From Styela clava (Eukaryota), in the NCBI RefSeq assembly GCF_964204865.1, contig NC_135257.1:6696001-6760000 (forward strand): a DNA stretch of 64,000 bases, in the 5' to 3' direction. The position numbers and the translations under genes are program-made. Below are positions 12,642-27,200 of this stretch, piece by piece; within the stretch, counting starts at the first letter, position 1; each line of letters starts with the position of its first letter. The notes under the pieces were generated by a model. That model saw only the letters and a list, made by a program, of their open reading frames with translations. It had not been told where the DNA came from and searched no databases.

Positions 12642-14018
12642 GTTAGCAGCCAGGCAGCATCTTACCTGTACACTGTAGGCCAGGGGTGGCCAACCTTTCA
12701 CATACCATGCGCCACGTTTTAAACATAATGTTTCAGATGCGCCGTAAATCTCTTGTATTCCCACGCCTAATGTCCGCTTCTTGTTGAAATTATATAAATT
12801 TATAATACACACACATATATACACACGTATTTTACGCTTCGCTTTTGTTGACAACGGTCATTTGAAGTTTGGATGAAAAAGGTGGTATTTAGGGGTCCTT
12901 TTCAGCATGTTGTGGGTTGATTTATAATAAATTTTTTAGGCTTGGGCAATTCAACTGGTTGTTCAATGGTTATTGGGAGATATTTGGGAAGTCTGGGCAA
13001 TGGAAAATCCATGTTTCAAGCTGATAAATGACGATTTTCTATTTTTCCAGAAGTTCTGAACTTTTTACTTCAGTAGGGAAAAATAGTAAATTTTACTAAT
13101 TTTTGCTAAAAGTCTAGAATGAATGTGATAAAGTTCGTCCAAAAACTAAAGTCGATAATCGCCTGTTGTTTCCAATTCCAACAAGCCGTAAGTGGGCGAC
13201 GTGGAGTAAGGAGAATAAATTTTAGGTACAATCAAAAGTCACCATGTAAATCGCAAAAAAACGGCTCGGCTTGAGAAGCCAAGTGCAATTAACAATTTTG
13301 GCATGAAAAGGGTTAAAGATGCAATGCGCCACTTCTAATCATGCAATGCGCCACGTTTGGCGCATGCGCCATAGGTTGGCCACCCCTGCTGTAGGCCATA
13401 CACGGTAATTGATCACAGAACAGTTGTTCCCTTGCAAATTTTATGTTGTTTACACTTTAGGACAGATAATTGATCACAGAACAATTCTTCCCTTTCAAAT
13501 TTTATGTTGTTTCCAGTAGACTCTCATCAAAATAAACAAATATAGTAGGCTACAAGTGCTACAACGCTTGCATTACTGCACTGGTAGGACCGTGAAAGAA
13601 TAAGTTACCGTACGGTAATTTCATTGTGGTAAGACACCGGTACCGGCACCAGTACCAGTATCGTACTTACGTACTGAGCTACCAGTACCGGTTAGCAGTC
13701 AGCCAGCATCTTACCTGTACACTGTAGGCCATATACGGTAATTGATCACAGAACAGTTGTTCCCTTGCAAATTTTATGTTGTTTACACTTTAGGACAGAT
13801 AATTGATCACAGAACAATTCTTCCATTTCAAATTTTATGTTGTTTCCAGTAGACTCTCATCAAAATAAACAAATATAGTAGGCTACAAGTGCTACAACGC
13901 TTGCATTACTGCACTGGTAGGACCGTGAAAGAATAAGTTACGGTAATTTCATTGTGGTAAGACACCGGTACCGGCACCAGTACCAGTATCGTACTTACGT
14001 ACTGAGCTACCAGTACCG
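12642..14018 (+). repeat. Tandem duplication of about 330 bp; first copy interrupted by a hAT MITE
   Basis: Copy 1 is 12642-12680 plus 13397-13690 and copy 2 is 13691-14018. The copies are near-identical. Confidence 0.9.
12681..13388. mobile_element. Non-autonomous hAT (Buster-type) element
   Basis: TIRs CAGGGGTGGCCAACCT / AGGTTGGCCACCCCTG. Perfect 8-bp TSD CTGTAGGC (12673-12680, 13389-13396). Subterminal TGCGCC repeats. The empty site is visible in the duplicate at 13722-13729. Confidence 0.95.
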
Positions 14019-16189
14019 GTACCGAACCTGTAGGTCTGATATTCCGTTCCGCATACGATAGGCTATAAAACTTGCATTGCAGCATTAGTAATACCGCGGA
14101 AGGAATAAGTCAATTTCACTGCGTTACGGTACCGGTATGGCAACTTACCAGTACCGACCTACAGTAGCTGTAGTACTGAGCAAGACAATCGATCGCGAAA
14201 CCGCTTGAAATAAGTGTAAAACAGTGTTCCCATGAGTAAAAATAAATACCGCGAAATTTTGTATGAAATATCATATCTCATAGGATTCATATAAAATGTA
14301 AGAATAAACAAAAGTAATAGCCTTCTAGCGAAAAAATTAATCTTTAACCACTGAAAATTTCAAAGCAATTGGTCCAGTATTCGAAGAGAAAAGCGACTTT
14401 TTAAAAACGTGTCAAAGAACAAGAACAAGAACAACAACAACAACATAATATTGAAACGATCGTTATGTCCACTACGTGTCCAATAATATTGAAACGATCG
14501 TTATGTCCACTACGTGTCCAATAACACCAACATGGTGACAAACATTTACATTTACAAATAACTGGTCATTTTTTGTCATGAAGATTTACTTTTGTTGCAC
14601 TAACAAGAAATTGGTCCCGCAAAAGCTGTGAGAGAATTGGCTAAATTTAGCTATTAGTTCTTTTAATTGGTAGTGCCGTATTTTATAACTCAAAACAGTG
14701 ATCTTTAAGCGTCATTTAATGGCATATTATATCCAAAAACAAGTGCTTTGCCCTAGCCTGCTTTCATGTCAAAAACTGTCCTTTTGTACTTCGCTGCAGT
14801 CCATTGACAATCTGGGTAGGTAGTTCGCGAAGATTGAACAACGCGAACACGCACAAGGGTGATGGAATAAACAAGCCAGTTCTCCTTGTGTTCTCCAGTT
14901 CTCAGTGATTCGCCAGGAAGGTTTAGAGTAGTACTTTTGCGCAAAAGCTGATTTTAAGCATGGTACTGTTAGGTGAACTCCTATTTGTTTGTATGTTATA
15001 TATACTATAGAGAGACAAGATGCGGTCTTAGAGATAAAGGCTGTTCACCCTAATATTCAAAGTTCGATTCCCACGTTATTAATTTCACGTGTTATGGAAT
15101 GTGACTCCAATCTGGATTCCCTCAGACGATAATAAGCACACGATGATGATTGTCGAATTGTTGTATATTATTGAAAAGATGCACGATCCAAATTCCAAAT
15201 ACAGATAAAATTGTACACACTTAATTCTTAATTAGTAAGATTACGGTCAGATCTCAAGTCATATATCGAGTGAAACAAAAAACACAATATTATAGAGCAT
15301 TCTCGGCAAACCGGAAACGAACGTGGTCGAAACGAGAAAGGCAATACATGGAGCGAATCCATTATCGCTGTTGCGAAACATAATGCGGCCTATTTTGTGA
15401 AATATTACATGCTATTAATATGAAAGAGTTAAATACATTATAATCCATAATTACACAATGCACATTCGCTACAATACCTTCAGGCTAATGGTTAGAACCG
15501 GGCTGGGAAAAGTTTCATTTTGTGAAGGCCGCACTCAGAAAATATCTTTTGCAAATGACCGCGTTGAGAAAATAGATTGTTTGACGTCACAGTTACTATT
15601 GCCATCCGCTGTGATAGTGTTGATTTGAGATGGTGGCTGACATTGTTGAACCGGAGATGAAACAAAAACAATAATTTTAACAATTATTAGTTCAGATAGT
15701 TTTAATCTTAATACATTTTGTATGTAGCTGTACTACATTTGGCGCAAGTTTATAATTATAGCCTTATTAATATTCTGACTAATTTGTTTGTTGATTAGAG
15801 GATGTTTCCTCTGTTGTCACACGACAACGAATACCACTGCAGCGTCTGCACCGATTCCCCAGTCTTTCAGACACTTTAACGATGCGAAGTCTGTGTTGCC
15901 GAAAAGATAAAAGGATAAAAAACTAGTAATATTGCGTAGCTTATATATATACTAATTATCAACAGATTAAAATGTACTAATCAAGTAGGAAACAGAAAAA
16001 TTATATTAAACTGGTTTGTGATATGGCTTGGCTATTTAAATCAATTATGTTTACTAGCCAAATTTGTTTTGGCGGTTTATAATTTTAAGAAATTCTGGAT
16101 TATCTGGTTTTAATACAATTAATATTAAAAACAACAGTCAAAACTTAACAAAATAACAAGATTATTCCTATAAGTGCACTGAACGCTGA

Positions 16190-16295
16190 TTCCCTTTAAA
16201 ATAATATGGTGGGTACCAGGTAATCCGAACAAAACGTGCGATCCTGCGAAGGACCAGTGCCATGGGAGCTGATTAGAATCAGGAAACACTACCAT
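16190..16295 (+). repeat. Dispersed repeat fragment; second copy at about 29353-29470
   Basis: Both copies share AAATAATATGG(T/C)GGG(T/C)ACCAGGTAATC...GTGCGAT...AAGGACCAGTGCCA(T/A)GGG(A/G)GCTGATTAGAATC. Family unidentified. Confidence 0.65.
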
Positions 16296-18294
16296 AACTC
16301 GTCTTACCTACTGATAATTAATGCATTAACGATGATGGACGCGGCGGCGGTTTGTATTGTAGACTTTTTCAAAGGGCGGAGGACCGCACGAACTGCTTTT
16401 GCGGACCGTAGTTTGCTTCCTTCCTAGTTAGAATAAGCATTGCGGTTCATGGCGAAATGAATAACTGGAACCGAATGGATTCGGACGAAAATTTTGAATC
16501 ATAGGCATCTTGTCTTTTTGTCCGCCAAAGGTCAAGTTGAATCCCATCTCTTACATCGAGGCTGTATTTTCAAAACGCAATTGTGAAATATGACTTTTTT
16601 CTCCCTTGATGAAACATGCTTTTTATTGTGCGTGAAACTGTCCGAATGACAGTATTAGAGATTCGATTAAAAAAATACTCAATTCTGAAATCACCAGGTA
16701 TTCGAAAACGCTCAACTGGGTTGGTAAAAAAGCCTAAATCAAGCTATCATTCCCCACTGGATTTAAACCAGCGAACCCATCCAGGTTTATTGGCAAAAGG
16801 ATATTATCATTGTTACCATATGAGACTAGCTCAAAACAATCACTCGAAAGAAATACTGTACGAGGTTATTTATTGAACACTGTTTCAACTGAGACAGCAG
16901 TAACCGAATATTCAGAAAATGATGGATCTTCGCCGACCATGGTTCTTATACAACAATGAGACAGCAGAATAAGTGAGAATTTTCACTCAAATATGAATAC
17001 AATATTGACCATATATCATTTTTAAAGCCTTGACCTCCCTTTCTGATATGGAAGGAAGATTGTGCCAGTAAGAAACGGATTATAACGCAAATTTAATCAT
17101 AGTAAAGTCAACTTATTACGAAAGCCACATTTTTTTTAACATTTGTGTAAGTGTAAAGCAAAATCTAAATCAATCAAAATTTTTTAAATGCTTTCGAAAA
17201 TATTATATGCTTAATAGAAGTTGAATTGAAAACTGTTTTCCTTATCAACCAATATAATTTGTTTTGTGTATAAGCATAAGTAAAAACAGAAATTATGAAC
17301 CCTACTACTTAATATAATACATTACTTAGATTTAAGGTTAAAAACAAAATCAGAATTCTTATGTAAGAGAAAATAGATATCATTTTGCAATCACATCTAT
17401 CTATGATTCCAATGTCCTAATTGTAAATTTGCTTCACAGGACCAGCCTGAATCGTTAAAACATCAAAAAACATAGCATAAAAAATATTGAGCCATGTAAG
17501 TATTCAAATGAAAAATTATTGTAATTAAATCAATAATGTGAAGTATATATCACCAAGAGACAAAGTGCTAGTTGAAAAAGTTATATATTACCGCCAATTA
17601 CATTTAAATTTTCTACTCGAAAGGACCTAGTGGGCTTCCAAATTTAGGCATGCTTTTTAACAATAATATTTTTAAAAATCAACCAAAAGCACAACTAGAA
17701 ACGAAAATCAAAAACTTTTGAAATCTCGAACTTTTGAATTATATCTTATTGATAATATTAATACTGATAACTTTACGCTATCGGAACTATTAACTAGCTT
17801 GCCAATATTGCATTTGTTTTGGACAGAAATACTCCGTACACATGTTGGTTCACCCTGAACAATTATGTATACTTGAAGATCACTGACGACCAAATACTTG
17901 TTACTAAGAGCAAATGAAAAGATAGTCTATACATAAAATGCATCATGCATAAAGTCTCCATAAATATAATAAAATTATTCTCTCATAATTACCTAAGTAG
18001 AAACAAGGCATTAGATTTGAAAGAAAAAGAACATAAAATTACAATTTAATACTAATTAATGAAATTGTTATACCATTTCATGTCGAATATAATCACAATG
18101 GCCATGTAAATTGGATGGGACTATGTGAGACCTATTGAAAAATATTACTTGGTCTGACAAGGTCGCATTCAATTTGAAAAATAATACATTATAAATTATT
18201 TAAACATGCCAAAACATTTTGACACTGAAAACTAATTCTTGACATGAGAAATAAATCAACGACGCTTTGATTGGCAGATGTTTGCTTCAAAAAA

Positions 18295-21200
18295 TTATTG
18301 TTGAGTGATAACGCACTGATCCCCAAATTGGAATCGATAATGTTGAAGATTCGATATTCCATGAAAATGTACAACAGCAGCCAATACAACAAGAATGTGG
18401 AATATTTGATGACTTTGAAACTGAAAACATTAAGATAAAATTGAAATTCTCTGCATGGGAATGTTCAGAATGAAAACTATACAATTAGGAACATCATGCT
18501 CATCCACAATTTCCAAATCCAAGAGATATTTGAAAGACAAAACGCAATATTATCACCAGAATGTCTATTTTGTTATTTAAATTAATATAGAATGTGATAT
18601 TTTTGTGACAAACTGTTTATCTGTTAAATATTGTTTTAGTATAAGAAAGCGAAGAATAAAATCACAAAACCAAATGATTGAAACTATTTATAGCTAAAGT
18701 CTTGAAAATTCTGAAACTATGATATGCAAACATACGGCGCGGTGATATTTTTCATTATCATGGTTTTGAACAATCTGGCCATTGTGGGTCTAAATCAAAG
18801 ATATCTAATTGAAACATTGTGTTAAGAAGGTGACAGCACATTTGGACCCATGTACATTTGAACCCATACATTTGCACTCATACATCCGCGGGTTCAATCT
18901 ATATGCAGGTGCTTAAAATCATGGGTTAGGGTTAGTATGGGTTCAAATATCCGTAGGTGCAGTAATATGCAGGTGCAATTGTCCTGGGTTCAAATTACGA
19001 GTTCGAATGTACGTGGGTTCAAATGCAATGAAACAGTTAAATATTACATCCATTCAGGCTAAACATGAAATAATATTTATAAAACTTACCCACAAATCAC
19101 ATTTTCCTGGAAAATACTTTTCAGGAATTCGCTGTGCATAGAGAAAGGCACCTGAAAAAAAAACATGAAAACTTAGAAAAAGGGGTATAGTATCTTTTTG
19201 CAATTAATAAGAGAAATATGAAAATATTTGTTGTTATAGGTTGGGCAATATATCCATTGTTTCATTCTCCGATACTAACAAATTCACATTTGAATTTGGA
19301 CAATAAGACTGTTGAATAAAAAGAGGTACCTAACTAAAAGTTGTACCAATAGCAGATTTGGACTCAAGTGATTAAAACATTCGAGTTAAAGCAGCCAGTC
19401 AAAGTCTGAGACAAATGTATATATGGAATATTGTTCTGCATTTTTGATATAAAAATATTCATTCATAACTTTTTCTTCTACAACTCTATTTGTTATGCAA
19501 ATTAGATGCGTTTTTTTATCTCCAGCTTATGCAAATTAATTGAGGGAAGGATCACAAAGTACAAATTTCCTTAAACCTTACCGAATAAATACAAGAAAGC
19601 CATTAGAGACAGCCATCCTACTTGTCCATAATTGACAGCTTGCATAAATCCCATCCTAATAATAGTGTGTATACATGGTACAATTCCGCTCAATCCCAGA
19701 GCAGCAAACAATACTGAATAAGAAAGAATATGTGAACATTAATATTTCTCGTATATAAAAGTACTGAATATGTTCTATAATATAATTCTTCTGCTGGTTG
19801 ATAAATGTCCTAAAATTGTTGTATAAAGCAGGGGTAGCCAACACATCGATCGCGTCACCACGCCTGAGAATTCGGTAACATACCTCAAAATATTGCCTTG
19901 GACCAATTTCATCCAGTGCATGTTGTGTGCTTTAAAACAGGAATAATACAGTACTGTTTATGCGCAAAATACGATACAGATATAGTAATTGAGCTTGGAC
20001 GAGGCCGATAGAGCATATCATTACATAACAAAATCAAGTTTCGCCGCTGCCAATTTTAAGAAATGAACTTGCTCAATATCGTGTGCCTTGACTGAATAAC
20101 AATCGTACAAAAACACGCAATATAACACCTCGTAATGGCATCAGAATTCCTAAGCGAGCAGATAATAGGACTCTGGAGAAAATGTAAATTAGAAAGTTTG
20201 AGCAGTCAAGTTTGGGAATATTCATTTTTCGCTGTTCAGATAATACATGCATACTTGGCCAAGTTTTATAAAGAATGTTCAACACTTACGACTAAAAATT
20301 AGACAGGTCCTAAGTCTGAATTGAATAATTTGGATGATCTCAAATGAATGATCAATCATGAATCATTCACCTCGGGTACAATTACATAATCAAATTTACA
20401 AATTAAATAAAACATAAAAAAAAAAAAAAATTTATGGCGATTTCATTGGGAATCCAAAGAACCAGGCTTATTGGCAGTGGCGGAATTTTTTGTATGCGTG
20501 TGTGCAATTATTTGCATATTCGAATTCGTTTGTTTTTGTGTGCGATCTTATTACCGATCAGTCAATCGTATAGGCTATTTTGACAATATCAGTCGATCGT
20601 GGTCGCAGGTAGGTTGGCCAACCCTGATATAAAGCATAGGATAAATTAATCATTACATGATATTTTACATGATGAGTCACTTCCTCATTACAGCACAATG
20701 TCATCCCAGTTGCTTTAGCCAAAATTTATGACAATTATTACACAGAACACCTTTCAAGTTGTGTAATACCAATTTGAAATTAATTCAGAAATCATTTTGA
20801 AACCCATCTTTAGCAGTTAATATAATTCAGAAACGTCCTTGATGTTATGGAATAAAAAAAAATTAGGTCTTTAACTATTTGGGCAAACCAGACAAATTTG
20901 TTCAGCAAATTCAGAACTCTGTCGTGAGTTACCTGCTCTGACTCTCCTGAATCTAGCTGTGCTGAATTTATCCCATTGTGAAATCACAATACATAATACA
21001 CCAAGAACACAAACAGATGTCATGTATATTATCTGAATACAAATGAGCAAACATTTATTGATATAACATTCTCCAAAACGATGTATTTTATAAATAAAAG
21101 AACGATATTAAAGGTTTTTTATAGAATAACTATTTTCAGTCAAATATGATTTCAAAATAGAGTTTTTAAGAATTGCAGAGTTTTGAAAAAATAGTAGTAT

Positions 21201-24200
21201 TGTCTTTCACCAAATATTAAAATTGTCAACTTTTTTATTAGACAATCACTCTAACATTCAAGGATCTATTATTAAGGTTGGAAATGTGAAAAAAAATTCA
21301 GTTTGGCATGGTTTACAGTAACCTCACACATTTTTTTTTTAAGAATAAATGATCTAATTTGCAAATAAATTTCTGTCAAATCATCATTACTAATCATAAA
21401 TCTAATCATAAATCTAATATTGATACTATTCAAATATAGAATAGTTCTACCAAACACTTAATAAATTTCAGACCATGGGCAGGCATCAACTCAATAACTA
21501 ACTTCTTTAACATTTCACTATAAAAACTAAACCTACCTTTGGTTCTGTGTCACAATAGAATGAATAATAAATCCATGGTACAAATGATCCCATAATCATC
21601 AATGCAATCCCAGAATAATCAAGTCTGCAAATGGAAGAAAAAAATATGAATTCACATGTGTTCACATGTTTAGATGTAATCTCAAATAAAATTTTCTGCT
21701 ACATAATATATGCTGATCCAAGAAAAGTAATAATGTAGCTAACAATTTACTCTCCATTTATTTTGATATGAAATATTCCCTCTTGCTTCATAGTATCACA
21801 AAATCGCAGGCATTCACTGCATAAAAGTACAACTGTAAAACGATGACGATACAAAAGAGGGCCTATTACAGTAATAAATTTACAGTAAACTAAATATTCT
21901 CAGCAATTTTTTAATGTTACTCACTTCCCAAATATTCTATACACTCGTTCGCTATGGCAACCAACAGTATGAAATAGTGTCGAGAAGCACAGACATAAGA
22001 TTGCTCCGAGAAAAAACATTGTGAATACTGTTTTCTCTTGCCATTCAATGACAAAATATTTTCCAGGTAGACATTGAAAATAGATACAAATTCCAATGAA
22101 CATAATAAAACCTGTAAAACATATGAAAATACTCTTTTTAGCCATTTGTGACTGTAAAAATATTAATATGACATAGATTATACTATTTTAGGAATGGCTT
22201 CTTAAACTTGAGTGCTCTCAAATGATATATTATCATGAGCACTAAATGTTACACAAACATGATTTTATTTCCAAATTCCAATATATTTTTAATGACTTAT
22301 GTATTCTAGTCACATTCTAATCAAGCCCACATAACGAGCACTCATTGTGACATCACAGCCAGATGCTACATGATTAGGATTCAGCCAATTACTGTTTTAC
22401 TAATCAGGAGGTTGCTATGAAATTAGGAAACGCATCATGTACAATTTTCAGCTCAGATATGTATACGGCAACATTGAAGACGGAAGAATGAAGAGAATTA
22501 TTATTTCCTTTCATTATTCCGCAACTAGCTTTGTGAGACTCTTAAAATTTGTTTAAAAAAATATATTTTGACAGGGAATTCACCTATTAAATGTGTCCAA
22601 ATGTTTCCAGTTTCTGAATGAAGTCTGAATACTGATCCAAAGCATGCTCGAAAGGATGGCATGGGCGGTCTGTGCCAATGGTGTAGAAATTCATTGTCTC
22701 TCTGCCAATCCGGAAGTTGAAAATGAGATACAACACGCCATCTAAAAGAAACATATGCAGCCCTCAATGTATGGATTTCATACAGACAAGAAAAGAGTTT
22801 CACAATGACATTTCCGGTAGTACTGAAACACAGCCATTCACTCTATTACCAAAATGGGTCACAAAAACAAAATAAGAAAATTTTATGAAGTAGCGAACCA
22901 TATCATAGGATCCATTATCATAAGTTAGCCATTATCATAAGTTAGCCATTACATTGTCATAGATACTCTTCTCCCTTTCAGTCATTCTCCACTCATTCGA
23001 CAAACAAACAATATAACTCAGATGGTAAATAATAAAGTTTAGCTTCTTTCTTTCACAATTCTCACTTGCTAAAATCTAACAGCGCAACTTTTTGTTTTGC
23101 CTCGCTTTCAGCAGTAGATGAAGATGATTCAGAAGATTTCCGGCTTGATTTAGCTTGAACATTAGATTTCACTTCTATCCATAATTCATTAAAAAGATCA
23201 GAAAAACTGGCGTTTCTGCCTTCATTACTTAAATGATCATCTTGATCTCGAGACATCCTACACCTTCTATTTCTGAATTCTGCATATTGCATGGTTTTAT
23301 ATAATCCCAAGTTAACTCTAACATCACTGTATCCGTTGTTCAGAACCCATAATACTAACAAAATGATCTTAAACAATTTCCTACTATTTCCAGAGTTAAA
23401 AATATCAAAAAAAACATAACTAATTAGTACACATCAGTGCTTAATATCCAGAATCTGACTACACGAAATCAAAATAATAATGGAATTTTCAAAATTGCTA
23501 TATCTTAAATAAAATACCTAATTGCAACTAAACAATGCTTCCTATGATGTAACAATGGATATTAAATTGCAGCAATCCCAACAGCTGAAAATGGATCAGC
23601 ATAATAAAATATGGTTATGTAGAAACAAAGATAAAAAAAAACTTGGTATTAGTCACTAATGACCTAAAGGAAGTATGTATGTATTGAATCACATACACAA
23701 GGACAATAAATTTAAAAACATGAGCCCTTTCCGATTGTCCAAATTCACATAAATTCAGTTACTTGTAGTCATTGTACAGGCAAGTTTATTGAAAAAGCTT
23801 ACTGCCAAAGTATATTACATCCACCTACCACCTATATACATGATGAAAGTACAACTACAAATTAACAATGACTATGAGAGAAAAAACAACCTATTTACTG
23901 ACAAGCTCAGTTTAAACACAGACAGTATAGAACAGTGCTTCCTGGTTGGGAACCTATACAAAATGGGTCGCGAAGTTTTTCCAAATGTTACAAACAGTTT
24001 TCGATGAGATCGGGAAATTGATGTAAAAATCCTCAAAGAATGTAACAATTCCAATTATGCCTTGTCCCGTTAATAATTCCAGTACGCTACTACATGTTGG
24101 AAACTGTAGGTAGGCTACAAGGCAGATTATGAGTTGCATTTAAGTTACCGGCTAAACAGGGTTAATATACTTCATTTTAACACCCTAACTTTGTTTGATT

Positions 24201-27200
24201 TTTTTTTAGTAAGAAAAAGTAACAAAGTATGAGAAAAAAAGTTGCTTCGAAAAATTGTAGTGAAAAAATATGACACTGATTACATAAAATGTGGTTTCAT
24301 TAAGGCAAGAAATGACTTTGGGCCAAAAGCACAATATGTAGAGTGCAAATGCTACGTTGTGTGTGAGCTTGTCTTATATCAAGCTCCGACTTGATTCGAT
24401 AATATCCACTATACAAGCTCATGTTTCGCATTAAAAGTAAATTGCAAGGGGGAACATTGTTTCTTTTCTATTATATCAACCCCTCATTGTGGGTCGTACA
24501 AAGAATGGCAATTAAAAGTGGGTTGCAAACTGAAAATAGTTGGGAAGCACTGCTATTGACTGTTCATGTGAATGTTGGTAAAATAACAGGATTGATTATG
24601 ATTCAATCAATTTAAACATTTGAAATGATGAGAAATGGATCACACAATTATAGTGTTAAATAATAAACTTTAGTTTAGTTTTAGAGGTGACTTTAAGTTA
24701 TATTTTATTTTATATAGTATACCACACATGCCTCTATCTATTAGCCTTATTTGGATATGAAAACTATTCTTTCCTATTTTTCTACATAGCTGTAACTCCC
24801 TTGAATATTAGCATTTGAAACACAAACTCATAGAATTATTTCCATAAGCTACTACTCACCTTCCATCCCAAACTTTATGTGCAAATCTGTCAACACTCTC
24901 AAAAGCATTTTGCAATGATTCTTTCGCAGTTTGCATTGATTCTTCTACATAACTCATTGCGTGATGGACGGAATCTTGGACGACATTAGACGATGACGTT
25001 GCCGCAGCTGGGTGAGCCAAATTCAAATAAGAATTTAAAAATAAATGCCTATAAATCTTGGGCTCTTTCAGTAAGAACATATTGAGGTGAAATTCAGTCA
25101 GAATTTTCACATATAAACAGAGCAAAAGTTGATACATTATTTGTCCAAACCACCACACTATGAATTATATTCACTGTAAATTATTTCTCTTCGATTACTG
25201 AATATTAAAATACTTTTAAACCAATTCAATTATAAAAATGAATAGCATATGATGCAACATGTATTTATAAATAGCGCTATTCTAATGGCCGCATCATGTC
25301 ACCAGACATATTATGGGCTATCAATAACATTAATTCCGCAAATCCAGGTATTACCGTACCCCAAATCATGGTTGTTTTATATCCGAAACCATTGATATAT
25401 GCTATAATTTGAACAGTAAAATGAATCAACCTCAAGTCGATTTTTAATCATTTTATTTCACAAAGATATTGATCTGTTTTATATTTGAAAATTTGTAAAT
25501 AATAAGAAAATACTTCGTTATTGATCAGATTAAAATAAAGCGAGATTAAAAAGAGTACAATATTGATACTTTACCTAAAGGACAATGCAAGGCTTCACTT
25601 TCTTCAAGATTTGAAGGTGATGATGATCTTCCCTGATTGAGTAAACATGAAAGAAATTAGAATATATCACATGAAGTGATAATGCATTATAACTACAGTC
25701 ATCCGTGATACCTACTTCCATATCACGATGTCTCAAATTGCTTCTGGAATCCATATTGTAAGATTTAAAATTAACTAAAACAAAACCGTTGACAAACGTT
25801 AACAAAAATATAAGTTTTCTTTCTGGTGGCTATTTGATGCGTAACTGAACAATCTATATTCATGCATATAACGAATGTAACAACTTCCCAACCAGTTATG
25901 TGAGAGGCAAATAATGTCTGGGCTTATATAACTAAAACCAATAGAGAGTACAGTCATGGGTCCAAATAATATTACGACATACTAATATAAAGAGAGATAC
26001 ACATAGCTAATGCAAACATTAATTTATTTTTAGAGCTGACAAAGCTGACCAGCAATAAGTATGACAGCATCTAGTTTTTATGCTTTTTATCCATGTCCAT
26101 TGATAACTATAACTACCGAAAAAATAGTACATTATAATATTAAAATAAAGGCTTGAATTTTGAAAACATCACTATTTATTATGATGCAATTGTTACAATA
26201 TAAAATCGTTGTTACAATCAAAATGTACCAAAGTCTAAATTTTTATCAACATTCAAAATGTGGTTACTTTATATAAAGTTTGAAATATCTGATGAATAAC
26301 AAATAAAACTTTAAACAGAGGCTACAGGTTATGTGTTACATAACTTCTAAATATACCAGTCAGATAAGAAATTAATCATCAACTAATTGTTTAAACAAGA
26401 ACATGACAATCTCTTTTATATTTCACAGTCATAATATTAAAATAATATTAAAACCTAAATAAAGAGAAAATCCATGTGGTAGCCAATACAGGACAGTGAT
26501 TTTCTTTCTATATCAGAAGATAATTATCTAGAAAATGGCAAAAAAAATTGTAGGTTTTTGATGCACAACAAAATCAAAATGAATTAGTCTGCCATCATGA
26601 ATCATGATTATGAAAGAGAGCAATGTAAGAATAATTGGACAACCCAATTGGCAATTGCCCTTGTTTTCTGGTAAATTATTTACCCAAGTATGAGATACAA
26701 AAGGATCATGACTCATGACTTCATGATTTACCACATAAGCTGATCGCGCATATAAGCCGACTCCCCGAAACCAGTTTTGAAATGGCGATTTTATAAAAAT
26801 TCGCATATAAGCCGACCCTGCGAATTGTAACACGCCCGAGAAAGACGCAGAAAGAAAACAAAATTACTGTGAATCTGTAACACAAACATTTTTTTTTTAT
26901 GTTTATCGTTTTTGCCTGTTAGCGAGGGTCGTAGGTGGATTCTTACTTGTAAATTTATGTTAATGAAGTCTATATTGCTTTTCAATGCGCCATGATTTAT
27001 ATTAATGGAAGGGATTGTGTCAGGAGTTTAAAAGAAAGTTCCTGAATCAGCATATAACAATTTTATTTGATCACCCACAACGACGGTTAAGTTCGACCCC
27101 CCAGTAGGTGAGGAAAGGCTCAATGTCAATGTCAGAACTAGCCATATGGCTCTTTCGCCTCCACTTATCTGTGCGAAAAATCTTGCACAACTTATGTTAA

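Larger units (their letters stand above)
10441..14522 (-). mobile_element. Head-to-tail array of Helentron-associated (HINE/DINE-1-like) elements, family A
   Basis: On the + strand the unit end AAGAGAGCTATGCTCAAATATATGGACACG recurs (with variants) at 10441, 10814 and 12355. The shared body AAAAGTAATAGCCTTCT...AACCACTGAAAATTTCAAAGCAATTGGTCCAGTATTCGAAGAGAAAAGCGACTTTT...(AAC/AAGAAC)n recurs at about 10690, 12240, 12421 and 14310. The other end ...ACGTGTCCAA lies at 12582 and 14521. On the - strand the order is subTIR TGGACACG, microsatellite, subTIR CGTGTCCA, hairpin GAGC-ATA-GCTC. Confidence 0.7.

Noticed and set aside
13397-14520. Regularly recurring repeats that could suggest a CRISPR array
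   Set aside because: Eukaryotic context with no unique spacers or cas genes; explained by tandem duplications and transposon termini.
14753-16876. Several 60-90 aa ORFs between the repeat array and the AdipoR 3' region
   Set aside because: No homology or splice-consistent model; partly repeat fragments.
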